Source of the DNA: Stylophora pistillata
Taxonomy: Eukaryota
Assembly (NCBI RefSeq): GCF_002571385.2
Contig: NW_019217955.1
Coordinates: 181,384 to 245,383 of the forward strand
Direction of reading: 5' to 3'
Length of the DNA stretch: 64,000 nt
A program made the position numbers and the translations under genes. Positions 63,480 to 64,000 of the stretch are shown piece by piece. The notes beneath the pieces are model-generated. The model had not been told where the DNA came from. It was given only the letters and a program-made list of their open reading frames with translations, and made no database searches. Within the stretch, counting starts at the first letter, position 1; every line of letters starts with the position of its first letter.

Positions 63480-63620
63480 TTATGCTCTCAGTAATGCTTT
63501 TCCACTTACCACATCAACAGATAGTTCTTCCTCATGTAGCATCAATGCGTACAGATTATAATCAGAACCTGCAGCCCCACTCAGTGTGTAATCAATGAAC
63601 CAGGCCGCTGTTGTATTCTG
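63480..63620 (-). pseudogene. C-terminal fragment of a Polinton/adintovirus-like major capsid protein
   Basis: FIDYTLSGAAGSDYNLYALMLHEEELSVDVVSGKALLRA* has the terminal beta-strand pattern of a double-jelly-roll capsid protein and lies directly upstream of the core and protease genes. Confidence 0.55.
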
Positions 63621-64000
63621 TCGGTAACCACGTCTCCGTTTAATCACATATAAGATAACTAACAACAAACGAATTCAATAGACATCCCTCGCTCGTCGCT
63701 CCACGTGTTATATCCTCCTCAGGTCATGTGACCGACACAACATCCCTTCTTTTCTTAGCGAAAAAAAGAAAAACTTAACCTTAAACTAGATCATACAATC
63801 AACGCAACTGCAACTATGTCCAGAGTTTTTTTGCTTTTGTTTTTTTTAGCTTTACATAGCTAATGTCTTTATCTCCATTGTTCGCACTGTTTCCCTTTTC
63901 TTTTTTCTTTTTTGTTTTTATTATTATTTTTTAAATAACAACAAGGTTCAAACCTGTAACAGGCTACTATCATGTCAGTTTTCTTTCTGGGTTACTCCCA

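Larger units (their letters stand above)
57963..63620. mobile_element. Degraded endogenous Polinton/Maverick (adintovirus-like) viral element
   Basis: Compact, intronless, AT-rich array of capsid-like, core-like, protease, fibre-like, membrane-protein and VLTF3-like remnants; no polymerase, integrase, ATPase or TIR visible. Confidence 0.75.

Overview
AT-rich eukaryotic (metazoan) genomic DNA; the repeat families and Sox gene type suggest an anthozoan, probably a scleractinian coral (inference). Left part: first coding exon of a RASEF/Rab45-like EF-hand gene (minus strand, continuing beyond the left edge) and an intact intronless SoxB-group HMG-box gene in a repeat-poor zone. From about 18 kb onward the window is mostly pseudogenes and mobile DNA. 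It holds three decayed, co-oriented copies of an ancient duplicated unit (weakly resembling a very-large-inducible-GTPase gene), with a divergent short-prodomain TGF-beta ligand gene inside copy A. It also holds a four-exon L-amino-acid-oxidase-like pseudogene, several Penelope-like elements with minimal hammerhead ribozymes and inverted pseudo-LTRs, Nin/Deu-type tRNA SINEs, LINE fragments, MITEs and satellites. At 57.9-63.6 kb lies a degraded endogenous Polinton/adintovirus-like virus: capsid C-terminus, core-like protein with adenain-type cleavage motifs, cysteine protease, fibre-like gene, membrane-protein gene and a VLTF3-like gene, interrupted by a Penelope element. All family assignments come from manual motif recognition; no database search was run.
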